From positions 50,984 through 114,983 of the forward strand of contig JBPOID010000005.1 of assembly GCA_052034805.1 (NCBI GenBank): a stretch of 64,000 bases of DNA, given 5' to 3'. Numbering within the stretch: position 1 is the first letter of the stretch; each line of letters begins with the position of its first letter. The DNA is from Candidatus Tayloriibacteriota bacterium. Its GTDB lineage: Bacteria > Patescibacteriota > Minisyncoccia > Phycocordibacterales > PALSA-1337. Below the pieces are notes generated by a model. It saw nothing but the letters and a program-made list of their open reading frames with translations, was not told the origin of the DNA and ran no database searches. Position numbers and translations under genes: made by a program. Of this stretch, positions 46,809 to 57,606 are shown one piece after another.

Positions 46809-47246
46809 ATGAATACACAAAAAACAACATTAAGTATATTACGCTATGCAATGTCATTTATTTTCTTATGGGCATTCATAGATAAATTATTCGGTTTGGG
46901 ATTTGCAACATTGGGTAAAGATGCTTGGATAAATGGTGGTTCTCCAACATATGGTTTCTTGATGTTTGCTACAAAGGGACCTTTGGCCCCATTTTTCAAA
47001 AGTCTAGCAGGCATGCCTGTTATAGATTGGATATTCATGCTTGGACTTCTAGGAATCGGTTTATCTTTATTATTAAATAGAGCTTTAATATGGGGAGCAT
47101 TATCAGCTGTAGTAATGCTTAGTCTTATGTGGTTTGCAGTTTTACCACCAGCAAATAATCCTATAATAGATGAGCATACAATATATATTCTAGTTATGAT
47201 TATTCTAGCTATTTATCATAAAGAAGAGAAAAAATTGGATAAATAA
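46809..47246 (+). CDS. DoxX family membrane protein
   Basis: LRYAMSFIFLWAFIDKLFGLG...GGSPTYGFL...NNPIIDEH. Confidence 0.8.
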   Translation: MNTQKTTLSILRYAMSFIFLWAFIDKLFGLGFATLGKDAWINGGSPTYGFLMFATKGPLAPFFKSLAGMPVIDWIFMLGLLGIGLSLLLNRALIWGALSAVVMLSLMWFAVLPPANNPIIDEHTIYILVMIILAIYHKEEKKLDK

Positions 47247-47298
47247 TGCATATAGTGTATATTAGATTGATATAAATTATATATAATAAATAAAAAAT

Positions 47299-47409
47299 AT
47301 GGCAAAAAGAGCAAGTGCAAGTACAAATAGAAAAACCTCTCGTTCAAAGAAGACAAAGAAGCGTTTAGCAATAAAATACGCTCGTCTATTGGCAAAGAAG
47401 AAGAGATAA
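47299..47409 (+). CDS. 36-aa highly basic peptide
   Basis: Not in ORF track; MAKRASASTNRKTSRSKKTKKRLAIKYARLLAKKKR, TATAAT upstream, terminator downstream. Confidence 0.6.
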   Translation: MAKRASASTNRKTSRSKKTKKRLAIKYARLLAKKKR

Positions 47410-47471
47410 ATAGAAGAGATAGAAAAAGTTAATAAAATAAAGAGGAGCTAATAAATAAAAGCTAATGATGT

Positions 47472-47498
47472 AAAACCCCGCAAGAACTGCGGGGTTTT
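47472..47498. terminator. Bidirectional terminator
   Basis: aaaaccccgca-agaac-tgcggggtttt. Confidence 0.85.
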
Positions 47499-47532
47499 AT
47501 AATAAAAGCGTATTCTAACTGAAGAAGACCAA

Positions 47533-48453
47533 TCAAAATACTGAAATCAAATATTCATCTATATTTCTCTGATCAAGATCATAGAAATTTTTGCCTTGAT
47601 TATGCAAATCTGTTGCTAGTTTTACACCGACGAAACGCCAATGCCAAGGTTCAAATACATAGAATTTATTATCTTTAGGATAAGAAAGTATAAAGCCATA
47701 TTTATAAGCATTAGCTAAAAGCCAATTATAAGCTGTGGTTTTGTCGAAGCCATCTAATTCCCCACCAAGTCCTACAGTTATAAAATCTACTGCTGTACCT
47801 AGCTGATGTTCACTGTAACCCTGATCTGCTGAGAATTGATTGGCTGTTCCAGCTCCATATACAACTTTATATTTACTTTTCAAAGCTTGTTGTTCACTGA
47901 ATGATCTATATCCAGATTCTACAAATATAGTTACACCATTTACCCTAGCATCATCTATGAGATGTTTGAGATATGGCCATGTATCTGCTTGTATCTTCAC
48001 AACTTTTGTATCACTGTATTTATAATCAGAAGTAACTTCTTCTAATCTCGCTGGTGCATAATATTCATTCAAGAAAAAGACTTTTGAATATTTCTGTAGA
48101 AGTTGTTTATCTGTTTTACTTAATTTCTGCAAAGTATCTACTGTACCTGTTATGGAACCGACTTGTTGTTCATAAGAACCTATTTTCTGAGCTATAAAAC
48201 CTACATTCTGTCTTTCCTCATTTATAGCATTGGTAAGAGTGTTATGAGTTTTTGCTAAATTTTCTTTTATTATATTTGTTGTAGATGATACATTGCTTTC
48301 AAGTACTACAAGATCTGATGAAAGAGAATCTATTTTATTTGTTAGATTTTTGATTTTATAAGAATCATAAGCAAAAGCGATAAATACTACTATAGTAAAT
48401 ATAGAGATTATCAAATCTTTTTTATCTATAGGTTTTATATCTTTATTTTTCAT
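47533..48453 (-). CDS. M15B D-Ala-D-Ala carboxypeptidase (VanY/LdcB-like) on a TM plus coiled-coil stalk
   Basis: SGYRS, SEHQLGTAVD, FEPWHWRFVG. Confidence 0.9.
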   Translation of the reverse strand: MKNKDIKPIDKKDLIISIFTIVVFIAFAYDSYKIKNLTNKIDSLSSDLVVLESNVSSTTNIIKENLAKTHNTLTNAINEERQNVGFIAQKIGSYEQQVGSITGTVDTLQKLSKTDKQLLQKYSKVFFLNEYYAPARLEEVTSDYKYSDTKVVKIQADTWPYLKHLIDDARVNGVTIFVESGYRSFSEQQALKSKYKVVYGAGTANQFSADQGYSEHQLGTAVDFITVGLGGELDGFDKTTAYNWLLANAYKYGFILSYPKDNKFYVFEPWHWRFVGVKLATDLHNQGKNFYDLDQRNIDEYLISVF

Positions 48454-48487
48454 TTTTATAAATCAAACAATGCGAGAAAAAAGAAAA

Positions 48488-50938
48488 TTATAGACAAATG
48501 AGACTAGCTAGAGTATCTCCATCGCGAAGTTTCATAACACGCACGCCTTGAGTTGATCTTCCTAGAGTAGGTATCTCTTTTATATCTATTCTTATAACCT
48601 GACTTTTCTTTGACATTGCAACTATTTCTTCATCTAGATCTGTAACGACTTTTGCTGCCATCAGTGGACCAGTCTTACTAGTAATATTCATTGTTAATAT
48701 TCCTGAGCCACCACGATTCTGAGTTTTGTATTCTGCTAATTTTGTTTTCTTTCCATAACCATTTGATCCCATTACGAATAGTGTTGGATTCTTTGCATCT
48801 TTTGATACTATATCGGCACTTATAACTTCATCATCTTTACCAAGCTTTATCACTCTAACTCCAGCTGCATTTCTACCCATTTCTCTAACATCACTTTCTT
48901 CGAATCTTATGGATTGTCCATCCTTTGTTGCTATAACGATATCATCACCCTTGGATACGAATGATGCTGACATGAGTTCGTCTTTATCATCTAGAGTAAT
49001 AGCGATAAGTCCTGAACGACGAACATCTTTGAAATGTTCTGCTGAACTTTTCTTTCCTGTACCGCCTTTGGTAACCATCATAAGAGAAAGTCCTGCTGAT
49101 TCCTTTTTATTCTTTGGCATTGGCAAAATAGAAGTAACTTTTTCTCCATCCGAAAGTGAAAGGAAATTCATAATCGACTTTCCTTTTGTGGCACGTCTGC
49201 CTTCTGGTAAATCATACATCTTTATTTGATATGCTTTGCCTTTATCGGTAAAGAATAATAAATCACTATGTGCTGTAGCATATATAAGATGTGATATGAA
49301 GTCTTCTTCTTTTGTATCTAAATCTACAACTCCTATACCACCGCGCTTTTGCTTTCTGTATTCATCAGGATTTGTACGCTTTATATAACCACCCTTGGTC
49401 AATACTAATACACTTTCTTCATCAGGTATTAGATCTTCTGGATTAAAGTCTTTTAGATTATGCTTTATGAGTTTTGTTCTACGTTCATCGCCGTATTTCT
49501 CTTTTATATCAGATAATTCTCTCTTTATTATATCTTTAACCTTTTTCTCACTTGCTAATATTTCTTTTAATTCGGCTATAAGATCTTGAACTTCTTTTAA
49601 TTCATCTAATACTTTCTTTCTTTCAAGTCCTGCAAGTTTCTGCAAACGCATTTCTAGAATAGCAGTAGCTTGTCTATCTGAGAATTTGAATTTCTTCATA
49701 AGATTGGCATGTGCCTCTATTGCATCTTTTGAAGCTCTTATAAGAGTAATGATTTCATCTATATGATCTAGAGCTTTCTTCAAACCGATAAGTATATGCT
49801 CTCTATCCTCTGCTTTATTCAAATCAAACTTTGTTCTTCTTCTTACAACTTCTATACGATGAGAAATGAATTCTTGTAGAATAGACTTTATGGATAGAGT
49901 TTGTGGAACTCCATTTACAAGTGCAACAGAGTTTACATGGAATGTATCTTCGAGTTGAGTATGTTGATATAGGAAATTAAGAACTTTCTCTGGATATGCT
50001 CCTTGTTTCAAATCTATAGCGATACGAAGTTCTTTGTCTGACTCATCACGAAGACCCTTTATACCTTCTAATACTTTGTCTCTGATAAGATCTGCTATAC
50101 GCATTATAAGATCACTCTTATTAACACGATAAGGTATAGAAGTAATGATAATTTGGAATTGGCCTTTTTTATCTTCTACTATTTCTGCTTCACCGCGTAC
50201 CACTATTCCACCGCGACCTGTAGAATACGCATGATGTATATCTTTCTCACCATACATAACAGCACCAGTTGGGAAATCTGGACCCTTTATATAAGTGAAT
50301 AAATCATCCATTGTCGCATCTTTATTATCTATAAGATGTACAGTAGCATCTATAACTTCACCTAGATTATGAGGTGCTATATTTGTTGCCATACCGACAG
50401 CAATACCCAATGTTCCATTAAGTAAAAGATTAGGAACAGCAGTAGGGAGAACTATTGGTTCTTTCCTAGTACCATCATAGTTTGGTCTAAACTCTACAGT
50501 ATCTTTTTCTATATCTCTCAATAATTCAGAAGATAGTCTAGACATCTTCGCCTCTGTATAACGCATAGCTGCGGCACCATCTCCATCTATATTTCCGAAG
50601 TTTCCCTGACCAGTGATGAGAGGATAACGCATCTTGAAATCCTGTGCCATCACAACCATAGAATCATAAACAGCAACATCACCATGTGGATGATAATTAC
50701 CTAGTACATCTCCTACAACAACGGCACTTTTTCTGAATTTGCTAGAGAAAGTTAAATTCTTTTCATGCATAGCATAGAGTATTCTCCTATGCACAGGCTT
50801 CAATCCATCACGAACATCAGGTAAAGCACGTGAAGTAATAACAGACATAGCATAGTCTAGATAAGACTCACGCATTTCTGTAGTTATATTTCTCGCAACA
50901 ATTCCCTTTTGATTTTCTGGTTTTTTATCTTCAGCCAT
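48488..50938 (-). CDS. gyrA: DNA gyrase subunit A
   Basis: [22 protein letters not shown], GyrA box QKRGGIG. Confidence 0.97.
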   Translation of the reverse strand: MAEDKKPENQKGIVARNITTEMRESYLDYAMSVITSRALPDVRDGLKPVHRRILYAMHEKNLTFSSKFRKSAVVVGDVLGNYHPHGDVAVYDSMVVMAQDFKMRYPLITGQGNFGNIDGDGAAAMRYTEAKMSRLSSELLRDIEKDTVEFRPNYDGTRKEPIVLPTAVPNLLLNGTLGIAVGMATNIAPHNLGEVIDATVHLIDNKDATMDDLFTYIKGPDFPTGAVMYGEKDIHHAYSTGRGGIVVRGEAEIVEDKKGQFQIIITSIPYRVNKSDLIMRIADLIRDKVLEGIKGLRDESDKELRIAIDLKQGAYPEKVLNFLYQHTQLEDTFHVNSVALVNGVPQTLSIKSILQEFISHRIEVVRRRTKFDLNKAEDREHILIGLKKALDHIDEIITLIRASKDAIEAHANLMKKFKFSDRQATAILEMRLQKLAGLERKKVLDELKEVQDLIAELKEILASEKKVKDIIKRELSDIKEKYGDERRTKLIKHNLKDFNPEDLIPDEESVLVLTKGGYIKRTNPDEYRKQKRGGIGVVDLDTKEEDFISHLIYATAHSDLLFFTDKGKAYQIKMYDLPEGRRATKGKSIMNFLSLSDGEKVTSILPMPKNKKESAGLSLMMVTKGGTGKKSSAEHFKDVRRSGLIAITLDDKDELMSASFVSKGDDIVIATKDGQSIRFEESDVREMGRNAAGVRVIKLGKDDEVISADIVSKDAKNPTLFVMGSNGYGKKTKLAEYKTQNRGGSGILTMNITSKTGPLMAAKVVTDLDEEIVAMSKKSQVIRIDIKEIPTLGRSTQGVRVMKLRDGDTLASLICL

Positions 50939-50957
50939 AATTATGTCTTTCTATTTC

Positions 50958-51248
50958 TTATTGTTTTGGTAATGCTTCTATACTATCATCCGCCTTATAA
51001 TCTATTTTATTACCTCCAGTGAAAATGTCTTTAATATATACAAATATATCACCAACACTAGCAGTAAGTGAAGATATAGGTGACTTCGCCTCCTTCGCCA
51101 AATTAATTTTATTATCTGTTGACATTACACCGCGCGAAGTAATCCAAAATACAAAAATAATCACCGTTATCCCCATAGATGTAAAGAAGGCAATATTTTT
51201 CTTTGCACCATCTGATTTAGAACGAAGTTTTTCTAAAAAATCAAGCAT
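50958..51248 (-). CDS. Small single-TM hypothetical protein
   Basis: 96-aa ORF co-oriented between the MBL-fold gene and gyrA. Confidence 0.65.
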   Translation of the reverse strand: MLDFLEKLRSKSDGAKKNIAFFTSMGITVIIFVFWITSRGVMSTDNKINLAKEAKSPISSLTASVGDIFVYIKDIFTGGNKIDYKADDSIEALPKQ

Positions 51249-51288
51249 ATTTTTATATTTTAATAATAATTTTATATTTTAATAACAA

Positions 51289-51915
51289 TTATTCCTTTGA
51301 TGAATCAAGCAATACAATATCACCTTCTTTTCCATCCAAATCTTTTCTCTTTAATGTAAGTTTTGCTTCTGGTTTTGGATTTTCTCCTGCCTCTTTTAAG
51401 AAAGTTTTCAGAACGTCTTTACCTGAGACTTCATTATAATACATAGGTATGATTATTTTTGGTTCTAGTGATACGGCTAATTTATATGCCTTTACAGGAT
51501 CCAATACATTATCACCACCAATAGGTACAAATAGTATATCTATACCATCCAATGCTTCTTCTGCTTCATTGCTTAATTCACCAGTATTTATTGCTCCTAG
51601 GAAACATATATTCATATTTTCTAGAGATACAGTATATATAGTATTTATTCCAAAACCTGACTTTGATGGCAAACCTTTTATAAATACTCCTTTGACTTCG
51701 TATTCTCCAGGACCATTTATAATAAAAGGTTTCTTTTCTCCATGAGTAACTTGATCTATACCATTGAAATCCTGATGATTAGTACTAACGAATACTATAT
51801 CTGCCCCGAAACGACTTGGTTTTAACTTTGAATCCTTGGAAATAGGGTTAAAAGCAAGCGTAATATCGCCGAATTGTACCTTAAAGAATTCTCCTCCAAA
51901 ATATGTAATTATCAT
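51289..51915 (-). CDS. MBL-fold protein (Lactamase_B_3-like), metal motif partly degenerate
   Basis: MIITYFG, GPGEYEVKG, DILFVPIGG, IIPMYY; STNHQDF in place of SHxHxDH. Confidence 0.8.
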   Translation of the reverse strand: MIITYFGGEFFKVQFGDITLAFNPISKDSKLKPSRFGADIVFVSTNHQDFNGIDQVTHGEKKPFIINGPGEYEVKGVFIKGLPSKSGFGINTIYTVSLENMNICFLGAINTGELSNEAEEALDGIDILFVPIGGDNVLDPVKAYKLAVSLEPKIIIPMYYNEVSGKDVLKTFLKEAGENPKPEAKLTLKRKDLDGKEGDIVLLDSSKE

Positions 51916-52027
51916 AATAAATTTGCTCTTATTATAGCAAAAATAGACAAAAAGGCAATTTTCCTTTATAGTGGCTAAAGCGTGACAATTCGCAAGTTAT
52001 CATTATTAATTAAAAAGCGAACCATGC

Positions 52028-53113
52028 TTGAATAAAATGTTAAAAGAAGCCTCAGTTTTAATGGAAAAGCTCTTAAATGAGACAAAAAATCCACCAATTA
52101 TAGGGGATTTGGTAGAAGGACCAGTTATAAATATAGAGAAAAGTGCTGTATATGTAGACTTGGCACCATTCGGTACAGGTATTATATATGGTAGAGAGTT
52201 CATAACAGCTCGCGATATTATAAAGAAAATAAATATCGGAGACGTTATAGCAGCCAAGGTTGTAGATACAAATAATAAAGAAGGTTATATAGAACTTTCT
52301 CTAAAGGAAGCTAGACAAGCTCTAATCTGGAGTGAAGCCGAAGAAGCGATAAAGAATAAGACAATATTAGAATTACCTATAATAGAAGCCAATAAAGGTG
52401 GTCTTATAATACAATGGCAAGGCATAGCAGGATTCCTACCAGCTTCTCAATTAAAAACAGAACATTATCCTAGAGTTACAGATGGAGATAAGGATAAAAT
52501 ATTAGAAGAATTAAAGAAATTAGTAGGACAACATATATCTGTTTCTATTATTTCTGTATTACCAAAGGAAGGAAAACTAATATTCTCAGAAAAGAGTCCT
52601 GAACAAAAAGATAAAGAGAAAACAATAGCAAAATACAAAGTAGATGATGAAGTTACAGGAACAGTAACAGGTATAGTAGATTTCGGAATATTCGTAAAGA
52701 TAGAAGAAGGCCTAGAAGGACTAGTACATATATCAGAAATAGATTGGTCTCTAGTAGATGATCCACGTGCATTATTCAAAGTTGGTCAAAAAGTAAAGGT
52801 AAAGATAATAGAAATAAAAGAAGGAAAAATATCTCTATCTATAAAAGCTTTGAAAGAAAATCCTTGGACAGAAGCATCAAAGAAATACAAGAAAGATATG
52901 CAAGTAAAGGGTGTAGTTATAAAATTCAATAAACACGGTGCATTGGCTTCAATAGAAGAAGGCATAGCAGGATTAGTTCATATATCAGAATTCGGTGGAG
53001 AAGAAAAACTACGCAAAACACTAGAACTTGGCAAGAGTTATGATTTCAAAATTACATTATTTGATGTAAAGGAGCAAAAGATGGCATTATCTTTTGTAGG
53101 TGAGAAGAAATAA
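52028..53113 (+). CDS. rpsA: 30S ribosomal protein S1 (short, about four S1 repeats)
   Basis: ANKGGL, GFLPASQL, DFGIFV...EGLVHISE repeats. Confidence 0.9.
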   Translation: MNKMLKEASVLMEKLLNETKNPPIIGDLVEGPVINIEKSAVYVDLAPFGTGIIYGREFITARDIIKKINIGDVIAAKVVDTNNKEGYIELSLKEARQALIWSEAEEAIKNKTILELPIIEANKGGLIIQWQGIAGFLPASQLKTEHYPRVTDGDKDKILEELKKLVGQHISVSIISVLPKEGKLIFSEKSPEQKDKEKTIAKYKVDDEVTGTVTGIVDFGIFVKIEEGLEGLVHISEIDWSLVDDPRALFKVGQKVKVKIIEIKEGKISLSIKALKENPWTEASKKYKKDMQVKGVVIKFNKHGALASIEEGIAGLVHISEFGGEEKLRKTLELGKSYDFKITLFDVKEQKMALSFVGEKK

Positions 53114-53153
53114 AAAAAGAGAATTTTAAAAGACTGTAAGTGAAAGTAACAGC

Positions 53154-53738
53154 TTATGAAGCATTATATATGCTCATTGCCTTTTCTCTTCCCTCTTTAA
53201 CTATTACTTCTATAGACTCTTTAACGATTTTGGAGATTTTCTTTATTATCTTCATTTCATCGTCTTTATATTTTCCTAAAATAAATTTCTCTATTTTATC
53301 CTCACCATGAGGAACTTTTGCATTGCCTTTTGCATTCTCAGGGGCTACACCTATTCTTATACGTATAAAGGCTTCTGTTTTTATTGATTTTATAATTGAT
53401 TCTAAACCATTATGTCCTCCGGAGCTTCTATTATATGAAATTCTTATCTTTCCTAATGGCAAATTGAAATCATCGTATATTACTATCAATTTTTCTGCTG
53501 ATTTTATATTCTTTACTATTTGAGAAATAGATTTACCAGAATTATTCATAAAAGTTTCTGGTTCTATTAGTTTTATTTTCTCTTTTCCTATTTTTAATTC
53601 AGATATTCTAGCATTTATTTTTTTATCAAAAGAAAATTCATCATCTGTTAATGATTCTAATACTATTCTTCCAGTATTGTGACGAGTATTCACATATTCT
53701 TCACCTGGATTTCCTAAACCTGCTATTATATATGGCAT
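53154..53738 (-). CDS. pth: Peptidyl-tRNA hydrolase
   Basis: GLGNPG, TRHNTG, FMNNSG, GGHNGL. Confidence 0.96.
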   Translation of the reverse strand: MPYIIAGLGNPGEEYVNTRHNTGRIVLESLTDDEFSFDKKINARISELKIGKEKIKLIEPETFMNNSGKSISQIVKNIKSAEKLIVIYDDFNLPLGKIRISYNRSSGGHNGLESIIKSIKTEAFIRIRIGVAPENAKGNAKVPHGEDKIEKFILGKYKDDEMKIIKKISKIVKESIEVIVKEGREKAMSIYNAS

Positions 53739-53833
53739 AACAGTAGTATATTATATTAAATAGAAGTTGCAAAAGCTCTGCAACACAGAAGAAAATCTTG
53801 TGTCAAACGATTAATCATAATACAATTGGCATA

Positions 53834-54418
53834 ATGGACCCTGAAATTTTACCTAAAACAAAAAAAGAAAATTATTTTAAAGAATTTTTTAAAATCGCAA
53901 TCATTGCGATTGTGATAGTGATTCCATTCAGAATGTTTATCGCTGAACCATTCATGGTAAATGGTGAATCCATGGATCCAACATTTGATTCTGGACATTA
54001 TCTCATAGTAGATAGAATCACATATCGTTTCAAAGCCCCAGAAAGATTGGATATAATAGTATTCGATTATCCAAAAGAAGCTGTGAAATACACCGAGAAT
54101 ACAAATATATATCTCATAAAACGTATAATAGGCTTACCAGGAGAAACATTAAATATAAAGGATGGCAAAGTCACAGTAATAAACAAAGAACATCCAGAAG
54201 GAATAATCATCCCTGATAATTTCGTCATAGATTCACATAGAACCAATGAAAATCTAGATATAACTCTAGGTCCAACAGAATATTATGTTATGGGTGATAA
54301 TAGAGCGAATAGTCTTGATTCTAGAAAATGGGGACCTTTGGAAGAAAAATATATAGTAGGTAGACCGATACTGCGCCTACTACCCTTTTCCAAAATAGGC
54401 ATTTTACCAGGAAAATAA
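53834..54418 (+). CDS. lepB: Signal peptidase I
   Basis: GESMDPT, IKRIIGLPGE, GDNRANSLDSRKWG; start reassigned to ATG 53834. Confidence 0.95.
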   Translation: MDPEILPKTKKENYFKEFFKIAIIAIVIVIPFRMFIAEPFMVNGESMDPTFDSGHYLIVDRITYRFKAPERLDIIVFDYPKEAVKYTENTNIYLIKRIIGLPGETLNIKDGKVTVINKEHPEGIIIPDNFVIDSHRTNENLDITLGPTEYYVMGDNRANSLDSRKWGPLEEKYIVGRPILRLLPFSKIGILPGK

Positions 54419-54438
54419 AATGAAAAGAAAAATATAAT

Positions 54439-55677
54439 ATGGCAAAAAAAATAAAGAGTGACGGAAAGAGTGAAGCAAAATATATAAATCACAAAAACCT
54501 AGACAGAATAGGTGAAATAGCTGTGTATTATGGATTCACTTCCAAAGAAAGTCCAACAATAAACAAAAATGATATAAATCAAGCAAAAAGTTTATTAGAT
54601 AGTGATTATATAAATAGCGAAGATGATAGCAAGGATCATCTTGCATTACATGTAGAAGAGAAAATCGCCATACTTCGAATGTATCAAGAAGAAAATCTAT
54701 CTTCACAACCACAACCAGTAACTCTATATTTCAAAGAACCCTTTAATGGATCATTAAAAAAGAATGATGACTATAATAGATATTGTGATTTAGAAATAAT
54801 AGGAAATTCTAAAGGTATATCAGAAGCAATCTTAATACAAACAGCGAGAATGATGCTAAAAGAAGAAGGTTATGAGAATGTATGCGTAGAGATAAACAGC
54901 GTAGGTGATAAAGAATCAATGAATAAGTTTACCAAGGAACTTATTAATTACTATAGAAAACATATAGACAGTATGCATGTAGAATGTAGACAATTATTCA
55001 AGAAAGATCCTTTCGAACTCCTACATTGTGAAAATGAAAAATGTAAAAAGATAAATGAAAATGCTCCACATATAATGAATTATCTCGGAGAATCTAGTAG
55101 AAATCATTTCCAAGAAGTATTGGAATACCTCGAGGCATTGGATATACCATACAAAATAAATCATAATCTAATAGGAAATAGAAAATACTGTACAGAAACT
55201 GTATTTGCAATAATAAATCTAGATCATGATAAGAAAAGTAAAGATCATAAAATATTAGCTATGGGTATAAGATATGATGGATTGTCAAAGAAATTAGGAA
55301 TGAAAAAAGAAATTCAAGGAGTCGGAATATCTATACTTATAAAAGGAAGTAAAGCTGAATTAAGAAAAGAAATAAAGAAAACAAAAAGACCTTTTGCTTC
55401 ATTTGTACAATTAGGTTTTGAATCAAAATTACTTTCATTATCTGTTGTAGAAAGTCTCCGAAAAGTCAAAATACCTTTATATTTATCATTAGCAAAGGAT
55501 AGATTAGGAGCTCAAGTCTCTATGGTTGAGAAAAATCATATACCGTATTCTATAATAATGGGTAAAAAAGAAGCCATAGAAAAATCAGTAATAGTTAGAA
55601 ATCTAAATACTCATGCCCAAGACACGGTATCTCTAGATGATTTGCCAAAATATATGAAAAAATTGGAGCCAAAATAG
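54439..55677 (+). CDS. Histidyl-tRNA-synthetase-like protein with a degenerate active site
   Basis: YYGF, DLEIIG, INSVGD, GIRYDGL and a C-terminal anticodon-binding domain, but motif 2 and RGLDYY are altered. Confidence 0.75.
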   Translation: MAKKIKSDGKSEAKYINHKNLDRIGEIAVYYGFTSKESPTINKNDINQAKSLLDSDYINSEDDSKDHLALHVEEKIAILRMYQEENLSSQPQPVTLYFKEPFNGSLKKNDDYNRYCDLEIIGNSKGISEAILIQTARMMLKEEGYENVCVEINSVGDKESMNKFTKELINYYRKHIDSMHVECRQLFKKDPFELLHCENEKCKKINENAPHIMNYLGESSRNHFQEVLEYLEALDIPYKINHNLIGNRKYCTETVFAIINLDHDKKSKDHKILAMGIRYDGLSKKLGMKKEIQGVGISILIKGSKAELRKEIKKTKRPFASFVQLGFESKLLSLSVVESLRKVKIPLYLSLAKDRLGAQVSMVEKNHIPYSIIMGKKEAIEKSVIVRNLNTHAQDTVSLDDLPKYMKKLEPK

Positions 55678-55720
55678 AAGAGCTTGCTCATATAGACCTT
55701 TTGTGATAATATCCTCCCAT

Positions 55721-55966
55721 ATGATAAATGTAGAAGTTACAAAACACGGCACAGAAAATAGCTTGGGTGTGCTTCGTCGTTTTACAAAGAAAGTCCAAGG
55801 ATCAGGTGTGCTACCTCGCGTTAGAAGCAAGAGATACAATGAACGCTCTCTATCTTCATACAAAACAAAGATGAAGACATTGAAATCTATAAAGAGAAAA
55901 GCAGAAATACAAGAACTTATAAAAATGGGTAAAATGCCAGAAAAGACATCTCGTTTTTCAAGATAA
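55721..55966 (+). CDS. rpsU: 30S ribosomal protein S21-like
   Basis: VEVTK...ENSLGVLRRFTKKVQGSGVL..VRSKRY. Confidence 0.8.
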   Translation: MINVEVTKHGTENSLGVLRRFTKKVQGSGVLPRVRSKRYNERSLSSYKTKMKTLKSIKRKAEIQELIKMGKMPEKTSRFSR

Positions 55967-55995
55967 TCTCTGTATTATTCTCTGTATTTTAGATA

Positions 55996-56331
55996 ATGCA
56001 TCAAATAGAATCTATTAAAAATGAAATTCTAGGAAAAGATTATGATCTTTCCTTTTCTTTCATTACTCCAAAAGAAATTCAGAGACTAAATAAGCAATAT
56101 AGAAACATAGACAAGCCAACAGATATACTTTCTTTCCCATTAAGTGATAAAGAAGGAGAAATTTTTATTTGTAAAAGTGAAGCAAGGAAAGAATCAAAAA
56201 AATTTGATAGAGATTATGAAAATTTTCTAAATTTTCTACTTATACACGGCATGGTGCATTTGAAAGGATTCGATCATAGTAGTACAATGGAGAGTATAGA
56301 ATCAAAATTCAGAAAGAAATTTGGTGTCTAA
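55996..56331 (+). CDS. ybeY: rRNA maturation RNase YbeY
   Basis: LNKQYRNIDKPTDILSF, IHGMVHLKGFDH. Confidence 0.93.
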   Translation: MHQIESIKNEILGKDYDLSFSFITPKEIQRLNKQYRNIDKPTDILSFPLSDKEGEIFICKSEARKESKKFDRDYENFLNFLLIHGMVHLKGFDHSSTMESIESKFRKKFGV

Positions 56332-56343
56332 ATCTTTCTCCAC

Positions 56344-57528
56344 ATGTCGCGTTCAACAATAACTGGTATTGATATTGGAACATACCACGTAAAGGTGGTT
56401 ATTACTCATGGAACAGAAGTAAATGAAAAAGGATTTCCGAAAATACTCGGAACAGGTATAGCAGATTCTAGAGGATTGAGACATGGATATATAGTAAATC
56501 CAAATGATATATCACAAAGTATAAAAAAGGCATTAAGTGATGCAGAAAAAAGAGCAGGAATAAAAGTCAAAAAAGCTTTTGTATCAATAGGTGGTATAGG
56601 ATTGGGTAGTGTAGTATCTAGTAGTTCAATAATAATATCAAAAGCAGATCTAGAAATAACAAATCTAGATATAAAGAAAATACAAGAACAATGCGAGAAA
56701 GATATTCCATCTGGACTTATTTTGAATAAAAAAATAATAAATAGCATTCCCCTTCAATACAAAATAGATGGAAAAGTAATACTAGGAAAGCCAGAAGGCA
56801 TGAAAGGCAGTAAATTCGAAATAAAGACTTTGTATATAACATGCCTAGAACATCATCTAAATGACATTATTCAGTCCGTAGAAGAAGCTGGAGTGAGTGT
56901 AGAGGATGTAGTGGCCTCACCTATCGCTGCAAGCCTTATAACCCTCACCAAGGCACAGAAAATAGCAGGATGCGTACTTGCAAATATCGGTGCCGAAACT
57001 GTATCAATAGCTGTATTTGAGAATAATATGCCAGTATCCCTAGAAATATTCCCCATAGGTTCTACAGATATTACAAATGATATTGCTTTAGGATTAAAAG
57101 TTCCACTAGAAGAAGCCGAGCAGATTAAAATAGGTGCAATAACAGGTAGTTCATATCCTAGGAAAAAGCTAGAGGAAATAATATTCGCTAGACTTTCTGA
57201 TATTTTTGAATTGATAGAATCTCATTTAAAGAAAATAGGTAGAAATGGATTATTACCTGCTGGAATAGTTATAACAGGTGGAGGATCAGGACTTTCTAAT
57301 ATAGAAGAAATGGCAAAGGCTTATCTTAGACTGCCTTCACGTATTGGCTTTATAAATATAGGTAATGGAGAAAAACAGAATTTCAGAGATTCTACATGGG
57401 CTGTGGCTTATGGATTATGTATCCTAGGCACTCATTCTGATGAAGAAGAAGTAATAAATACCAATAGTCAATTCTTGGTAAAAATATGGAAAGGTATAGT
57501 TTCTTGGTTAAAACAATTTCTACCATAA
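56344..57528 (+). CDS. ftsA: Cell division protein FtsA
   Basis: GIDIGT, NIGAETV, VITGGGS; precedes ftsZ. Confidence 0.95.
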   Translation: MSRSTITGIDIGTYHVKVVITHGTEVNEKGFPKILGTGIADSRGLRHGYIVNPNDISQSIKKALSDAEKRAGIKVKKAFVSIGGIGLGSVVSSSSIIISKADLEITNLDIKKIQEQCEKDIPSGLILNKKIINSIPLQYKIDGKVILGKPEGMKGSKFEIKTLYITCLEHHLNDIIQSVEEAGVSVEDVVASPIAASLITLTKAQKIAGCVLANIGAETVSIAVFENNMPVSLEIFPIGSTDITNDIALGLKVPLEEAEQIKIGAITGSSYPRKKLEEIIFARLSDIFELIESHLKKIGRNGLLPAGIVITGGGSGLSNIEEMAKAYLRLPSRIGFINIGNGEKQNFRDSTWAVAYGLCILGTHSDEEEVINTNSQFLVKIWKGIVSWLKQFLP

Positions 57529-57606
57529 TTTAAAGAAAACTAGAAGTTGCACGCTAAAATGAGGGTGGTATGATGTAGATACTATCCCTTTTTTAATACA
57601 CTATTC

